This document shows, piece after piece, positions 1 through 12,665 of a stretch of 64,000 bases of DNA. Both the position numbers and the translations under genes were made by a program. Below the pieces are notes generated by a model. The model made no database searches and was not told the origin of the DNA. It saw only the letters and a program-made list of their open reading frames with translations. The stretch covers positions 180,980,001 through 181,044,000 of the forward strand of contig NC_058368.1 of assembly GCF_018350175.1 (NCBI RefSeq), given 5' to 3'. The stretch comes from Felis catus. Lineage: Eukaryota. Every line of letters starts with the position of its first letter. Position 1 is the first letter of the stretch.

Positions 1-166
1 TGGGAAGACCATATCCTGTTTCCTCCTTCATTATTCCCATGTCTTTCTGCTTTCTTAGATGTTACAGTGGCTGCCACAGAGCTAAATTGTATAATCCCCA
101 GATGTGGCCCTTCCTCGTCTTATTCCTTATGTGTTTATCCCTAAGGAAATTGTGTATGTGGGTGTA

Positions 167-223
167 TGTATATATATATCATATATATATATCATATATA
201 TATATATATATGATATATATATA
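167..223. repeat. Interrupted (TA)n microsatellite
   Basis: tatatatatatcatatatatatatcatatata... read directly. Confidence 0.95.
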
Positions 224-354
224 TGGCTTACCTTTTACAAATGAGACACCTTATAGTTTTATGGATTAGGTTATATATAAGCTGAAAATACAACTGAAAT
301 AAGATTTTTTTTTTTTGCTACAACTGAAATAAGTTTTAAAATGAGTACATAATT

Positions 355-638
355 GGGGCATCTGGGTGGTTCAGTCCGTTAAGTGTCCAACTCTTGATTT
401 TGGCTCAGGTCGTGATCTTACGGTTGTGACATCGAGCCCCGTGTCAGGCTCCACACCCAGTGTGGTCCTATGACCCCCTTGTAGAGTTTGATGAATTTAT
501 TAGAGCAGCTCACAAAACCCAGGAAAAGCGTCCTTACTATTCACCAGTATATTATTCCATTTTTCATTCTCTTCCTTCTGCCCCTCCCCTGCTCGTGCTT
601 TCTTGTTCTCTCTCTCTCTCTCAAAAATAAATAAATAA
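355..638 (+). mobile_element. Can-SINE (carnivore tRNA-derived SINE) with a ~100 bp internal foreign insert
   Basis: Head ggggcatctgggtggttcagtccgttaag, ctcaggtcgtgatc, gagcccc, CT tract, aaaaataaataaataa tail; 466-565 is not SINE sequence. Confidence 0.93.
466..556. mobile_element. MER21-like LTR fragment inside the SINE
   Basis: tcctatgacccccttgtagagtttgatgaatttattagagcagctcacaaaacccaggaaaa...ttcaccagtatattat resembles the recalled MER21 segment ttcccacgaccccctccttgggttcgattaatttgctagagcggctcacagaactcagggaaa. Confidence 0.7.
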
Positions 639-1124
639 CTTTTCATCCATACTTATCAATACAATATAGAAATAGAAATGGTTATTGGGATAAAGAGAAA
701 AAAAATTGTGCAGTGGACTTCTTACTCCTAAATTTGGTTCTTGAAATTCTAGGTTAGAGTTAAAATTAAACAGGAACTATTTCATGTGGTTCAAATCCAT
801 TAACATTTCCAACATGGCTCCTATCAGGGTCAATTTGCTAATTCTAAAGTCTATATTATAAGAAAAGAAAAAAGCTTAATAGAACAGAACATCTTCTGAA
901 AAGTCTTGTCCTCCAAATTTGCCATTACTAGGCTCAATAGAAATTTAGATCTCAATAAAATATTCTCATCATATATTTTTTAGATCTGCCATGTTTCCTG
1001 GGGGCTATCACTAATTATAAGCCATAATTCCCCAATTATAAGAAAAAGAAAAAAAAACCTCATGGAAGAGTTAGGCTATTCAAGACATTATACAATTTCA
1101 GCATAAATTTTTGTTTTCTGCTAA

Positions 1125-1740
1125 AAAAAATCATCAGTCTCTGATGACCACATTTTCAACCACCTACCAATATATAGTTTTGTTTTATGTGTGTTTCTGT
1201 TTAAAGACATCTTATTTAATAGATATTGTTGATTCGTGAACCTTGAACCCATGGCCAACAGCACTGTGACTCCTGCTTGAACAAAGCCTACCCACCACAT
1301 GTGTTTTCTCCATAAGGCACACCCCAGCCTTCTTGTGCTTATGATTGCTAGATAGACCTCCAGCTCTGCACTCAAGGGACATCTTAAATTTTTTTAATGT
1401 TTATTTATTTTTGAGAGAGGGGGGAAGGGCAGCGAGACAGGAAGACACAAAATCTGAAGCACGCTCCAGGCTCTGAGCTATCAGCACAGAGCATGATGGG
1501 GGACTTGAACTCACAAACCCTGAGATCATGACCTGAACCGATCATGACCTTAAGCCGGGCTTAACAGAATGAGCCACCCAGGTGCCCTCCCAGGGTCATT
1601 TTAAGGCATCTTTCACTGCTCTGCACGTACCCAGCCTAAGGATCAAAGTGCCATTGAGTACTGATTTTGGGATTATCGATACATTTCAGTGAGCATGCAA
1701 ATTACAAGTATGAAATCCATGAGTAATAAAGATCAACTAT
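1125..1740. mobile_element. TcMar-Tigger MITE (MER82-like), split by a Can-SINE
   Basis: aaagacatcttatttaatagatattgttgattc...gccaacagcactgtgactc...ttttctccataaggcaca, and terminal gagtactgattttgggatta...aatccatgagtaataaagatcaactata, resembling the recalled MER82 consensus. Confidence 0.7.
1388..1588 (-). mobile_element. Can-SINE
   Basis: tttaatgtttatttatttttgagaga...gagccacccaggtgccc; internal duplication of gatcatgacct; degenerate TSD caagggacatcttaa/cagggtcattttaa. Confidence 0.95.
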
Positions 1741-3771
1741 ATTACAAAGGCATGCTAGTATCAAATGGAAGTTTTCTCCTTGAGATAATGAAGGCTGTAA
1801 GACTGTCAACACCAAACACTACTCTTGCCATGTGATTCAATGTACTTAATGCCAACTGTGTGACCCAGCTACTCCCCTGGAGTATTGTCACTGGTACTTG
1901 TTTCATGATTTGGGAGATTCTCCCACATCTCTATAAATCTGAGATATTTGAGATTCTTCTGTGGCTTCCTGAAGCTTGGCCCTGGCCTCTCTGGAACACT
2001 GAAGGGTAGCTCACCACCTTTCACAGCACAGTATAAAGGTAGCTATATTTCTTTCCTTACTCCCTCCCTCCCCTGCTGCCCCAGCTCCAGCTCGATGCAG
2101 CCTTCTATCAAATTGTGCTGGGAGCAGGACAGATTTTGTGAACAGTGATCGTAAGAGATCTTTGTAATGCCAGGGCTTATGAAGCATTTCAGAAATCTGT
2201 CTGTCTAAGCCACATTTGTCCTGGTGTGTTACCTGATTCCAGCATTAAGAAGAGGGCATTGGCTAATACATCTCTTAAAACTCAGTTATTCAAGTAATTC
2301 CTGCCCTACTTAACGTTGTTCTAAGTCTACCGGTGCCAGGACTGCAACAGAAGGGTGGGTGCTAGTCAAGTTGCTGTATCTAGGACAATAGGAAATAAGA
2401 CGTGTTCACTTTGAGTCTGCAGTGCAAGTGCCCACCCAATCTTGGGAATTTTTGGACAATGAAGAAAGTACATTTGTGATTTCACAATGTGTAGTCTAGG
2501 CTACTGAGGAGGATCATGTCCACCTTTATGCCCCACCCCTAATGAATTCTAGAGAGGTCCTTGGTTGGTAGGGCAGTGAGTATTTCTTCTAACATCATCT
2601 CTACTGTTAGGCTGTTGCTTGGTTCCGGGTTGCTAAAGACCTTTTGTCAATGAAGCCTTTGATAATTAACAGAGGACCTCTGAGATGCAGTACAAAAACC
2701 CCTCCAGCCAGCAGGCAGTGCTGTCACCTAACCCCCTGCTAGTCTACTTGGCATTTACAAGGTTGCATGCTGGATGCTTTCTTTTCACTTTACATTTAGG
2801 ATGGAAACTTTCTTCTTTCCACCTCATTACCACTATGATATTCAGTACTACAATAAAGGACTCTAAAGATACCCTAAGCTCTGGGTGACAGCCTGATATG
2901 CGTTAACACTGTTGAAACCATTAGCTAAGGGCTGAGTGCAAGTCACATTAGACATTGATAACTGGCCAGGTAAGCACCCAGATCGGACCATCACATAAAT
3001 CAGATGGAATAAGATGGCTTTCATGCCATTTCCATACGCTAAAGCTTATGTAGCCTACACAACACATATATGTATATATGACTTTTAAAGAAAAGCCTTT
3101 TGAGTCTAATGTAGGTTTTTATCCAGACTCAATATCCCATTTTGGAATTATTATTTTAACTCCTTTTGTAGGAAAGATTGTGCTATTCTGCTAATGTTGA
3201 TAAATTATGCTATAGACTGTGTACTACTGAGCTTATTCCTTGCAAAGAAACCTGCAGTGTTTTCTTTGTGAGAATGGCAGAGAGAGTTCTTATAAGGATT
3301 AAAGAACTATGTGAAACTTAATTTTCTATTCTTTCTCACCACCACACTCTTGTTGAGACCCTATTTCCTCATCACATTATTCTCACAGGTACTTATGTAC
3401 TCTCCAGTTACAAGTTCACCTTTTGCAGTCCTCCCACTAGCAGATAATCTCTCTTGAGCCATGTTATGCATGTGTTGGTCCTGCTCAACAGCCTGTAATG
3501 GCTCCCTCTTGCCCAGCATGCTAGCTCTAAACACCTTTGTTGCCATGGACAAAGATCTTCACATTGGTTCTACTCTACTCAGCCAAACTTTTTTTTTTCT
3601 TCTTTTGAACACCCGTCTTCCAAATATACACTTACTGGTTTCAGCAGATTCCTCACATACATGATATGGGTGCACATCTGAGTATCCACATTCACTCACC
3701 CCTTTCTAGCTCACAAAGTATTCTCTTCTTCCTCTAGCCTACAACAATACTATCCTCAATGGACTCTACAG

Positions 3772-3981
3772 CAGGAGTGGGCCAACTTTTTCTATAAAAA
3801 GCCAGATAGTAAATATTTTAGTTTCTACTGTCTATGTGGTCTGTGCCACAACTATTCAACTCTGTTGCAGCTTGGAAGGGGCCACAGACAGTAAGTCAAT
3901 GAATAGTGTGGCTGTGTTCCAAGAAAAATGTGTTTATAAAAATAGGCAGTAGGTCAGATTTGTCCCATAGGCCAACCCCTG
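3772..3981. mobile_element. hAT-Charlie MITE, MER58A-like
   Basis: caggagtgggccaactttttctataaaaagccagatagtaaatatttta...actattcaactctg...gtggctgtgttccaa...gccaacccctg, with terminal inverted repeats. Confidence 0.85.
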
Positions 3982-4109
3982 CCGTCCAACATCAAGACAA
4001 ACATACCTATGCTCTCGAACATTCAGTTACGTGCACTTTCCCTTGAATGACATATAAAGCTGAGCTTTGGTTCACAATTTAGAAATTAAGCCCCTTGATG
4101 ACATAGGAA

Positions 4110-4340
4110 AATAATAGTAAAGCAAGACCAAGCTCATGTTTAAGTGCTTCCTCTGTATGAAGCACACTTCCAAAATCTTGGTACACTTTACTGGATCCTC
4201 ACACAATCCAGGATGTTGGATTCTATTATTATCTATATTTTGCAGTTATATAAAGTGGGGCACTGCAGAGGGCTTGAAGTGAGTTTTCCTGAAGTTGCAC
4301 GTGTAAAAAGTTGCAGGGCTAAGATTCAGAGCCACGGAGC
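4110..4340 (-). mobile_element. MIR SINE
   Basis: taagtgcttcctctgt...atcctcacacaatcc...tattattatctatattttgcag...gaagttgcac, the MIR core in reverse. Confidence 0.65.
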
Positions 4341-5439
4341 CCAAGTGCAAAGACAATTCTACAAACAAATTTGTCCTATCACTTCTCAAACACAGATTAT
4401 GTCATATCAACACAGGCACATTTCTTCTTTTATTTTTAACATTTATTAAAAATTAATTAATTTAATGAGTGATTGCTATGAAAGTACATTTATTCACTGT
4501 AAAGAGTCTGAATGATACAGAAATGGAGACAAAGAATACAAATGTATCATTGCCTCTTCCAGCAACAAGCATTATTCACATTGTAGTATTTTTTCCATCT
4601 CTCTCCCTACTAACAGACCAACCTGGGCCTTCCCTGATCAGCTTGCTTTGGACTGGATCAACCCATCCTCTTCTCTCCTCTGTACATCAAACCAACATAC
4701 CACAGCATGTAGTTTGTAGGTTGCTCTGTAATAACTTTCTCCCCTTTTGCGCCTGCAAATTATGTTTGTCCCAAACCTATTGATGCCAGTTGCATTCTAA
4801 TCTAATTTCACAATTCAGTTAAATATAGCATGAACCAACAAAATAGTGTTAACATAAAGTGTTTTCTTAAGTTCTGTGCTTTGAAAAAAACAACATGCAT
4901 GCAAATTGCTACAGATAATATTGTCAAATTAGTTACGGATCCAAGAGAAAAAAAATGATGGGGAATATGTAAACATCTAGAAGGATTCAGGATTCAGACT
5001 TCTTTGCAAGCCTTTTAATTTTTTTTTTTTTTTTGCTTTATTTTGAAGAACTGAAAAATGAATTATACATGCTGAATAATGGGAGTGGTAGATGTAAGAA
5101 AGAAACAAGTCCATACTCTAAGAAAAAGCTTGGCCTTCCCCTTAAGATCAGTGGAAAAAAAATACTTTCCTATGTTTTAAATTTTTAGGTATGTACGGAT
5201 TGATTTTTTTTCACTCTTTGCTTTACTGCTTTAAACCATCAATCACTTGGTGTGGTCATAAAGGATATGAAGGTTTCTCTTCTGCGTGTGTGTTTTCTTT
5301 TCACACAACTAGAAACATACTACGTATATTCCTTGGTACACTTGCATTTAATGATATATTTAGAAAATATTTTCTATTCCATCATATATTCTTACAAAAT
5401 ATAAAACTCCTTCAAAATCTTTTAATGTACAGATATAAT

Positions 5440-5690
5440 ATTTAAACCTATTCTCTTTGTTGCACCTTTAGAATTTCCTATTTCTGCTCTTATAAGTAAT
5501 TCATAATATTTATTCACTGAATAGTCATTGAGAATTTACTTACTGCCAGTCACCATTAAACAACTAATAGCTATTTAATATAAATTTGCATACCATTTCC
5601 TTGGATAAAATCCTAGAGATAAACCTGCTGGGTCAAAAGTTAACAGAATTTTAAACTATATATTGCTACACTGCATTATACCTACTCCAA
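5440..5690 (-). mobile_element. Old L1M fragment
   Basis: atttccttggataaaatcctagagataaacctgctgggtcaaaag resembles the antisense end of L1 ORF2. Confidence 0.5.
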
Positions 5691-5699
5691 TATACCTGT

Positions 5700-5822
5700 T
5701 TGCCTCCCAGTCCCTGAGAATAGGGACCATGTCTTGTTTATCTTTTTATCCCACAGCACTGAACACAGAATGTGCCCAGAGTAGGTACTCAAAAAATGTT
5801 TATTGAATCTTGAATAATGAAT
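5700..5822 (+). mobile_element. L2 3' end
   Basis: tgagaatagggaccatgtcttgtttatctt...cacagaatgtgcccagagtaggtactcaaaaaatgtttattgaat. Confidence 0.75.
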
Positions 5823-8570
5823 AGTCCTTGACTGAAGTACTTATTTACTAGAATTACAGATTTTTTTTTTCCTAAACACTCCTAGTAAAGTCAATTAAAA
5901 ATCATTACTTGCATTTGTAACAGAAGGCGGGATAAGAGAAAATATCCAAAAGTGAGTACCACTTTTGTCAAGGATGCATTGAGGGTTTTGGTTAAATGTA
6001 GTTCTGAGTTACCAGCAGTTTGGAAACTCACTGAAGCATCTAAAATCTCAGGAGATTTTCCAGTAAGAGCTGGAAATTCTCAGGATAGAAATCTCACCTG
6101 CCAAGGGACCACCCAACCTGGTTTCCTCTTGCTCACTTTTCCTGGTGAGGAGATCTTATGAGGTCTCAATTGTGCAGAAGGCCCAGCATGTCCTTTGGAC
6201 CACTTGCTCATTGGGCAACATTCATTCTCTCAACAGATGCACTGGAGAGACTACCACAGACATACAGTGTTAAAGATAGGTTTTAGAAGTAATTTCAGAG
6301 AAAATCATGGGTGTGTGGATTTACAGGCTTGCAGACTACAGCCGACAATCCTCCACTTACTCACCTATCATTCTGTGCAGAATACACTGACATGGTATTT
6401 CTGAGACTCTGTATACCCCTCTTGATCCAATGACTGGGTATTACCTAGAGTTTCTTCTCAGTAAATTATAATTCCCCAATTTGCTTTAATATACTGTATT
6501 AGGCAACTGGGGCTGTCCCTGTACTAATTAAAGGAATGTCCACCTATAAGGTGTTTTTGTACTTTTCCTAGAGCTGATTAAAGCTAAGAAAGACTATCCT
6601 TGATGTAGCTATTGAGATGGTAAGTGGAAAGATGAAGAATACAGCCCAATTAGCACCTGGTTTGGTGCTTCTACAGCTAGGTCTAAAGATGGCTATGGAG
6701 TAAACTTAGGTGGAGTAAACTTTGGATACCTGGCAATGAAATTCAAGTTATCTCCAAGGTGTATTGACTATCCTTAGCACTGTCAGACAGATATGTATAT
6801 AACACATTTCATACAAAGAAGCTGGTCTCAGCAGATCTTATCCACTTGAGAACCCAACTTCCTCCCTTCCTTTCTTTTAAAAATATCAAGGTGGCAGTTC
6901 TGATTGGCAAGTGGGGCAGCCTTTCTTGCAGCCATGTAAGAACCCAGCTTCTGCTGTTGGCATGTGGGTCACCTGCTTCTTCTAGGCATGCCCTTATATT
7001 AGTTAATTTGTTAGCTTGCTTGAATCACAGTCGAGAACCCTTCAGCTTTGGTTTGCAGCAATAAATTCAACTGACAGCTGAAATTTGGAACGCTCACTTA
7101 ATATTGATTCTGAATGTAATAACAAGCGACATGACCTTTTGGATGGTGTAAAATATGGCCGCCACAACATCTGTGCCACATTTCTTGCTGTTTAGTAATA
7201 TGCTGTAACAGCATGGAGCTGGCATTAAAGCTAAGCTTTATTATCAAGCACATCACTCCATCTCTCTGGCTTCATTTTAAAAAATGCTTTCAGCTTCTGG
7301 AGCTGATATCGTGGCTAATACATGTTGCTGTTTTTGAGACCTCATTTCTCCTTCAGTAAGAAAGAGGAAGATATCTGATGACCAAATAGGAAGGCAGGGA
7401 AGAATAGGAAGGACAAGAAAAGCTACCTGACACCCCAAATTCTAATGGACCAGAAACCAACAAAATTCTCCATGGCAGTAGTAGCAGAGACACTAAGAAT
7501 TCCCAACTGCATCCTTGAAAAATGTCTATAAAGTTGATGTCATTTAGCGATTCCCACAAGTTGTGAAAATATCTTTCCTTTTCTCAGCCAACAACTACCC
7601 CCCCCATTAAAAAAAAAAAAAAGATGATTACCAGTGGTACTTGCCCTGACGCCTGAGAATCATTCTAATTTAGCATTGCCCTAGGAAATTCTAAACTAAT
7701 TTTTCTAGGATGGATACAGGGATGCTTGCATCTGATTTACTCTCACTGTTTTTCTTTGAAGTCTTGGTATCTTTAAAACATTCTCCAAGTAGGCAGAACA
7801 TCAATTTGTGCACTTTAAAAAATCCAATTTAAGCAGGTTAAAAATTGTCAAAATAGTCTAACCATATTTCTCCAACAGAATTTCCAACCATAGAGCACAA
7901 AAAATGCTAAACTTGAAAGCATTCTATCATTTCAGTATATTCCATGGCTGAGACTGGCTTGCACTTGGTGAACAGTAAGGATTTAAATCTCTTTATCACA
8001 AGAGGCAGATCTGGACTCTGAAACAATACAGCTTTCTTTTTTCACTGTGGGGATATTTTGACTGTTTGGCTGAGCCATTTCTGGAGGGTACAAGCAAAAA
8101 GTTTTAAATCCTGTTTCTCTGAAGGAAAGAAAAAAATTAAATCATATTTAGGAAGGCTTCTCTTCTATAAAATATGCTTCCAAAATAAAAGACTTGTCAG
8201 TAGTTTCAAAGAAGCTAAACATAAAGAATAGGAAATAGTTTTATTCATTCTTCTGATTAATAGGAGACTAATTCTATTTAACAGGCAAACCTGGCTATAG
8301 TAGGTGCTGAAACTTGGTATGTTGGCAATCTATACAAAGCAAATTATTAATAGGGCACTCTTTGTATTAGGAACTGTAGAAAAAGTGGGTCTGATACTTG
8401 GTAAGTGTTTTATTCAAAGAAAATACCAGGTCTGGTAGGTAATTGAAAATGTCAGACTTTGAAGTCCTAACACAAAATGAAACAAGTTGGCCTGTACCCT
8501 TTCCCGAGAGAAAGCTAGGAGAACACCCATTAGGATTTACTTCCAAAAGAGTAGAGAACCATGCTGCCTT

Positions 8571-8721
<151 letters not shown>

Positions 8722-10427
8722 CAGCAGCTAATCAAGCCATAAGTGAGCTGTCCTGATAGTGAGACATTGGTAAGAAGAAAACCTCACACAGCTGACATGC
8801 CTTTAGGTAGATTTCCAAGACTGACAGGCAGCTATCACCAGTAATCCATGCTACTTTCTCCCATTAGATCCCAGGAATTTAGGTTGTTTTTTTGATGTAT
8901 TATTTGTTCAAGTATTATTTCTTTGACGAAAGATCAGAAACACTGGAGGCCACTCCTATATTCTAGGGAGCACATATTTATTTATAAAGACTGAGCTCAT
9001 TATTCATGCATTATAATGTGGGTAAATGTGATTGGATTCTTTTATTGACAGCAGCCTAAGCCAGATGGCTGAAATGCCACTTTCATTTCAGGAAGAAAGG
9101 AAGCCTTCACAGAAAAGAGGAAGCCTGGAGTTGCAAGGTAAAATAGTTCTTAATTATCAGTCCCTGGGAATCTATGGCCCCCACTCTATTTACGTATTTA
9201 TGATTAGAAAGTGAATTTCAAACTAAGGAGTTTTCAAGTACAAAGTCCACTATCAATAGCAAAGTACAAATGGCATTGGGTTTGAGGGACTGTAAAGGGG
9301 AGCTGGACCCAGATAATAAAAAACATGCCAGCTTGAAGATGAGTTTTTGGCTCTGGGTTTAGAATGAATCAATCCTCAAACTTGGCAAGCTATAATTAAT
9401 TCCAGGAGTGTATCACTCATCTGTATAGTGGCTGCTCCCTCAAATAGAGATCTTATAAAACTCTCCCTGGTGAAATCAGCGAAGCCATCAGACACAGCCA
9501 TATGTTCAAAGCTCAGAGAGGATTGGTCATGAGGCAGTCGTCCATGAATTGAGATGTTAACTGCCCAACAAAATTTTAGTAGCATAGGTTGAGAGCCTCA
9601 GGGTTGTTTCAACTGATACCAAGAAAGCCAAAAACAATAACAAAAACAAAAACCCACATTTCCTCCAACATTTAAATCTTCTCCTTTTCTTTTTTCTCTT
9701 CTGGCAATTGACTTCTCAGAGATACTGGGGTGGCTTTGTTGATAGCACCCACTAAGGCCAACAGAAAGGATAAAATGATTGGGAAAAAGAACTGCTCACA
9801 CAGACAAGGTAAACAGGCGCGAATTGGATTATTCCAACATCCTCCGCTGAGGTAGGATTCACAACTAATCTGATTACATGAATATTATGAGCCACTAAGT
9901 ATCTTTCCGCAGCAATTACCAAGCTTTCGTGCATAAAAAAAGGGCATTTTCTTCAGTGCTGGGCTCATCTATCAAGTGTTTAAGCTTCAAAGCAAAAGTT
10001 GGAGACAGACACACAGAGACAGACTGAAGTGGGTTTATAATCTATCAATGTTTCTCCTCTCCTCTCCTGTCCCATTTTGCTGTCCTTCCCTCCTTTTGCT
10101 TCCCTCTCCTTTCCTTTTCTACTCTTCTGTTAAATATCAAAGGATTATTTTTATTCCTTAAAATACATTGAAATAATTTTCTAATATAATGCTGTTTTTT
10201 CTCCCTTTAAATTCTTTTGGAATCACAACTTGGTATCAGCTGAGAAAGCTATGCCATCCTCTCTCAGCCATGGCACTGCCCAGTGTGACCAAAAAGTATT
10301 CAAACCCTAAATTTCTCAGCTCCCTCTTAGGCCTTAGAGACGTAAGATTTAGGGGAAAGATAACAATGGCTGTGTAAAAGTTCATATGTGTTCCCTGTTT
10401 AGTCTGCCAGCAGTTAGCTTGGATTGC

Positions 10428-10540
10428 TTTTTATTTTTAATATTTATTTGTTTATTTTAAGACAGAGAGGGAGAGCACAAGTTGTGGAGGGTCAGAGAGA
10501 GATGGAGAGATGGAGAGATGGAGAGATGGAGAGATGGAGA

Positions 10541-10579
<39 letters not shown>

Positions 10580-10693
10580 TCCCAAGCACGCTCTGTGCTA
10601 TCAGCACAGAACCTGACATGGGGCTCAAACAGTGAGATCATGACCTGAGCCTAAATCATGATTCCGTTGCTTAACCAAATGATCCACCCAGGC
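10428..10693 (-). mobile_element. Can-SINE with (GATGGAGA)6(GA)n expansion
   Basis: tttaatatttatttgtttattttaagacagagag...aatcccaagca...gagatcatgacctgagc...ccacccaggc; degenerate TSD ttggattgc/ttggatgc. Confidence 0.93.
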
Positions 10694-12439
10694 TTTGGAT
10701 GCAAACCAAACCAAAATCAGACTTAAGTAAGCCACTGTATGCGAAGATCACATTGATAATGGATGACAAAACTGAGTCAAAACTCCTAGAAAACGTTATG
10801 GATGAGTCTTACAGACAAAGCATAATATGTTGGTTATAGGCTCAGGCTACGGGTTTAAATCTTGCCACTTCCTACCTGAGGAATCAAGTTATGTGACCAC
10901 TTTAAGCTTTAATGTGCTGAGGCACTGGGAAAATATTATCAATGGTACCCACTATTGTACTAGAGCTGGTTTAGGAAGTCAAGACAAAACTCTTACCACA
11001 TCCTAGGTAAACTAATCCTTATCACTTCTCTAGAATTATTTTGGACTTTGCTTTCCCTGGCTTCAGCCACCCAGAACTTCTCTCAGTTGCTCACCTGTCC
11101 ATGCTCCCACCTGTCTCGCAGCCAAACATACCTTGCCTCTCTTGCCTCAGATGTTCTTTCCTAGTCACTGAGCCTTCATTGTTCTGCCCAGTTGACACTT
11201 CCTCAGAGGAATGCTTCAGGGATTCCCAGGACTACATCACGTCCTCCCTAGTCCCTAGAATGGAAGCTACGTGAGTTAGGAGCTGAACCTGCCTTTGACC
11301 ATTATTCCAGTGTCAGCTAGGGACGGAGGACTTGATACATAGTAAGAACTCAGTAAGTAGTAGTTGCTATCATGGTACTATGCGTTATATCTTAAGAGGA
11401 GAGGTTGGGAAAAACTAATGTCTTTCCTATGGGTAGGACACTAAGGCACTGAGAAGGCAAGAAGTGGCATCGTTTTGGTGGCTTTGAATTTTTCAGGTGG
11501 ACATGATCTCAATCAAATTGTGATTTTAATGAGCAACACTGTTTGCTGCAAAACTCATCAAAATCCAACTGTACACCTCTACTGACCTGTGATTATTGCC
11601 AGGCATCCTAGGTTCACTGGCCATTGTCTTGAAAGCCATCCCTCAATGTGCACTATCCTTGTATTCATAGGCAATAGCCCAGGTATTAGTATTCAAGTTT
11701 GATCATCTCTCTGCAAATCCAGTGGCTAAATACATATTTTAATTGAGCCCAGGAGTGTTGACTTGCAGACACGGGGCAGAAAAAAAAAATCACTAGAAAA
11801 ATGGCAAGTGGAAGCAGCCTTTTGCCTTTGAATGGAATGTGATACTTACAAAACATCAATAACAATTTTCTATTGGGGAAAAGCCTGCAGCAAGAATAAC
11901 CTGCTTAGGTTTTTAAGCTGCAACTCAAAAATTAGTGTTTCTTTTTCTTTAGAAAACAAAACTGCCACAGTATTCCAGGTAAGGGAGCTTTAACTGGATG
12001 AAATCTAATGCAAGTAGTTGTCTGTGATGTTAAGATATGGGAATTGCCATTAGCCAATGAAAAGACTTCCTTGTCCAAAATGATGTTAAGAGGGCTCACA
12101 TTGATTAAAATGGGCAGTATAAATCCAGTAAGAAATGGAATGACTGGGGTGGGTGAGGATATGCCTTTGTTAAGCATCAAACTGTTTATGGACTAAGATT
12201 TCTCATATCTACAGCATAAACTACATAAATTTATCATTAACACCAAGCACTCCATAAACTATACATCACTCTGCCCATTAATTTCACTGTCATATATACA
12301 CATATTCATACAAAAATGACTTCAGTGTATGCTTCTTTTTATATTTCTTTTTATATTTTTATACGATGCCTTTACGTACATTTATTTTCATATATGATGT
12401 CTTTCTCATGGCAATATTATTTGGGGTTCACTTATCATC

Positions 12440-12665
12440 ACAGCCAATATTTACTGAGAACTTTTTCTGAGATAGGAACTGTTCCCAAAACTTTACATTT
12501 ATTATCTTAATTGTCACAAGAACTTCATGAGAGAGGTGTGACTATTGTCTCCATTTTCTAGATGAGACCATGGAGGTTCAGGGAGCTTAAGTAAATCATC
12601 CATGGTCACAGAGTCAGTTAGTGGCTTTGCTGGGATACACCTCAGGCAGTTGGACTGCAGAATAC
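12440..12665 (-). mobile_element. MIR SINE
   Basis: atatttactgagaac...ccattttctagatgagaccatggaggttcagggagcttaagtaaatcatccatggtcacagagtcagttagtgg. Confidence 0.8.

Noticed and set aside
3539..3552. RFX X-box-like gttgccatggacaa
   Set aside because: Second half-site is degenerate; isolated motif.
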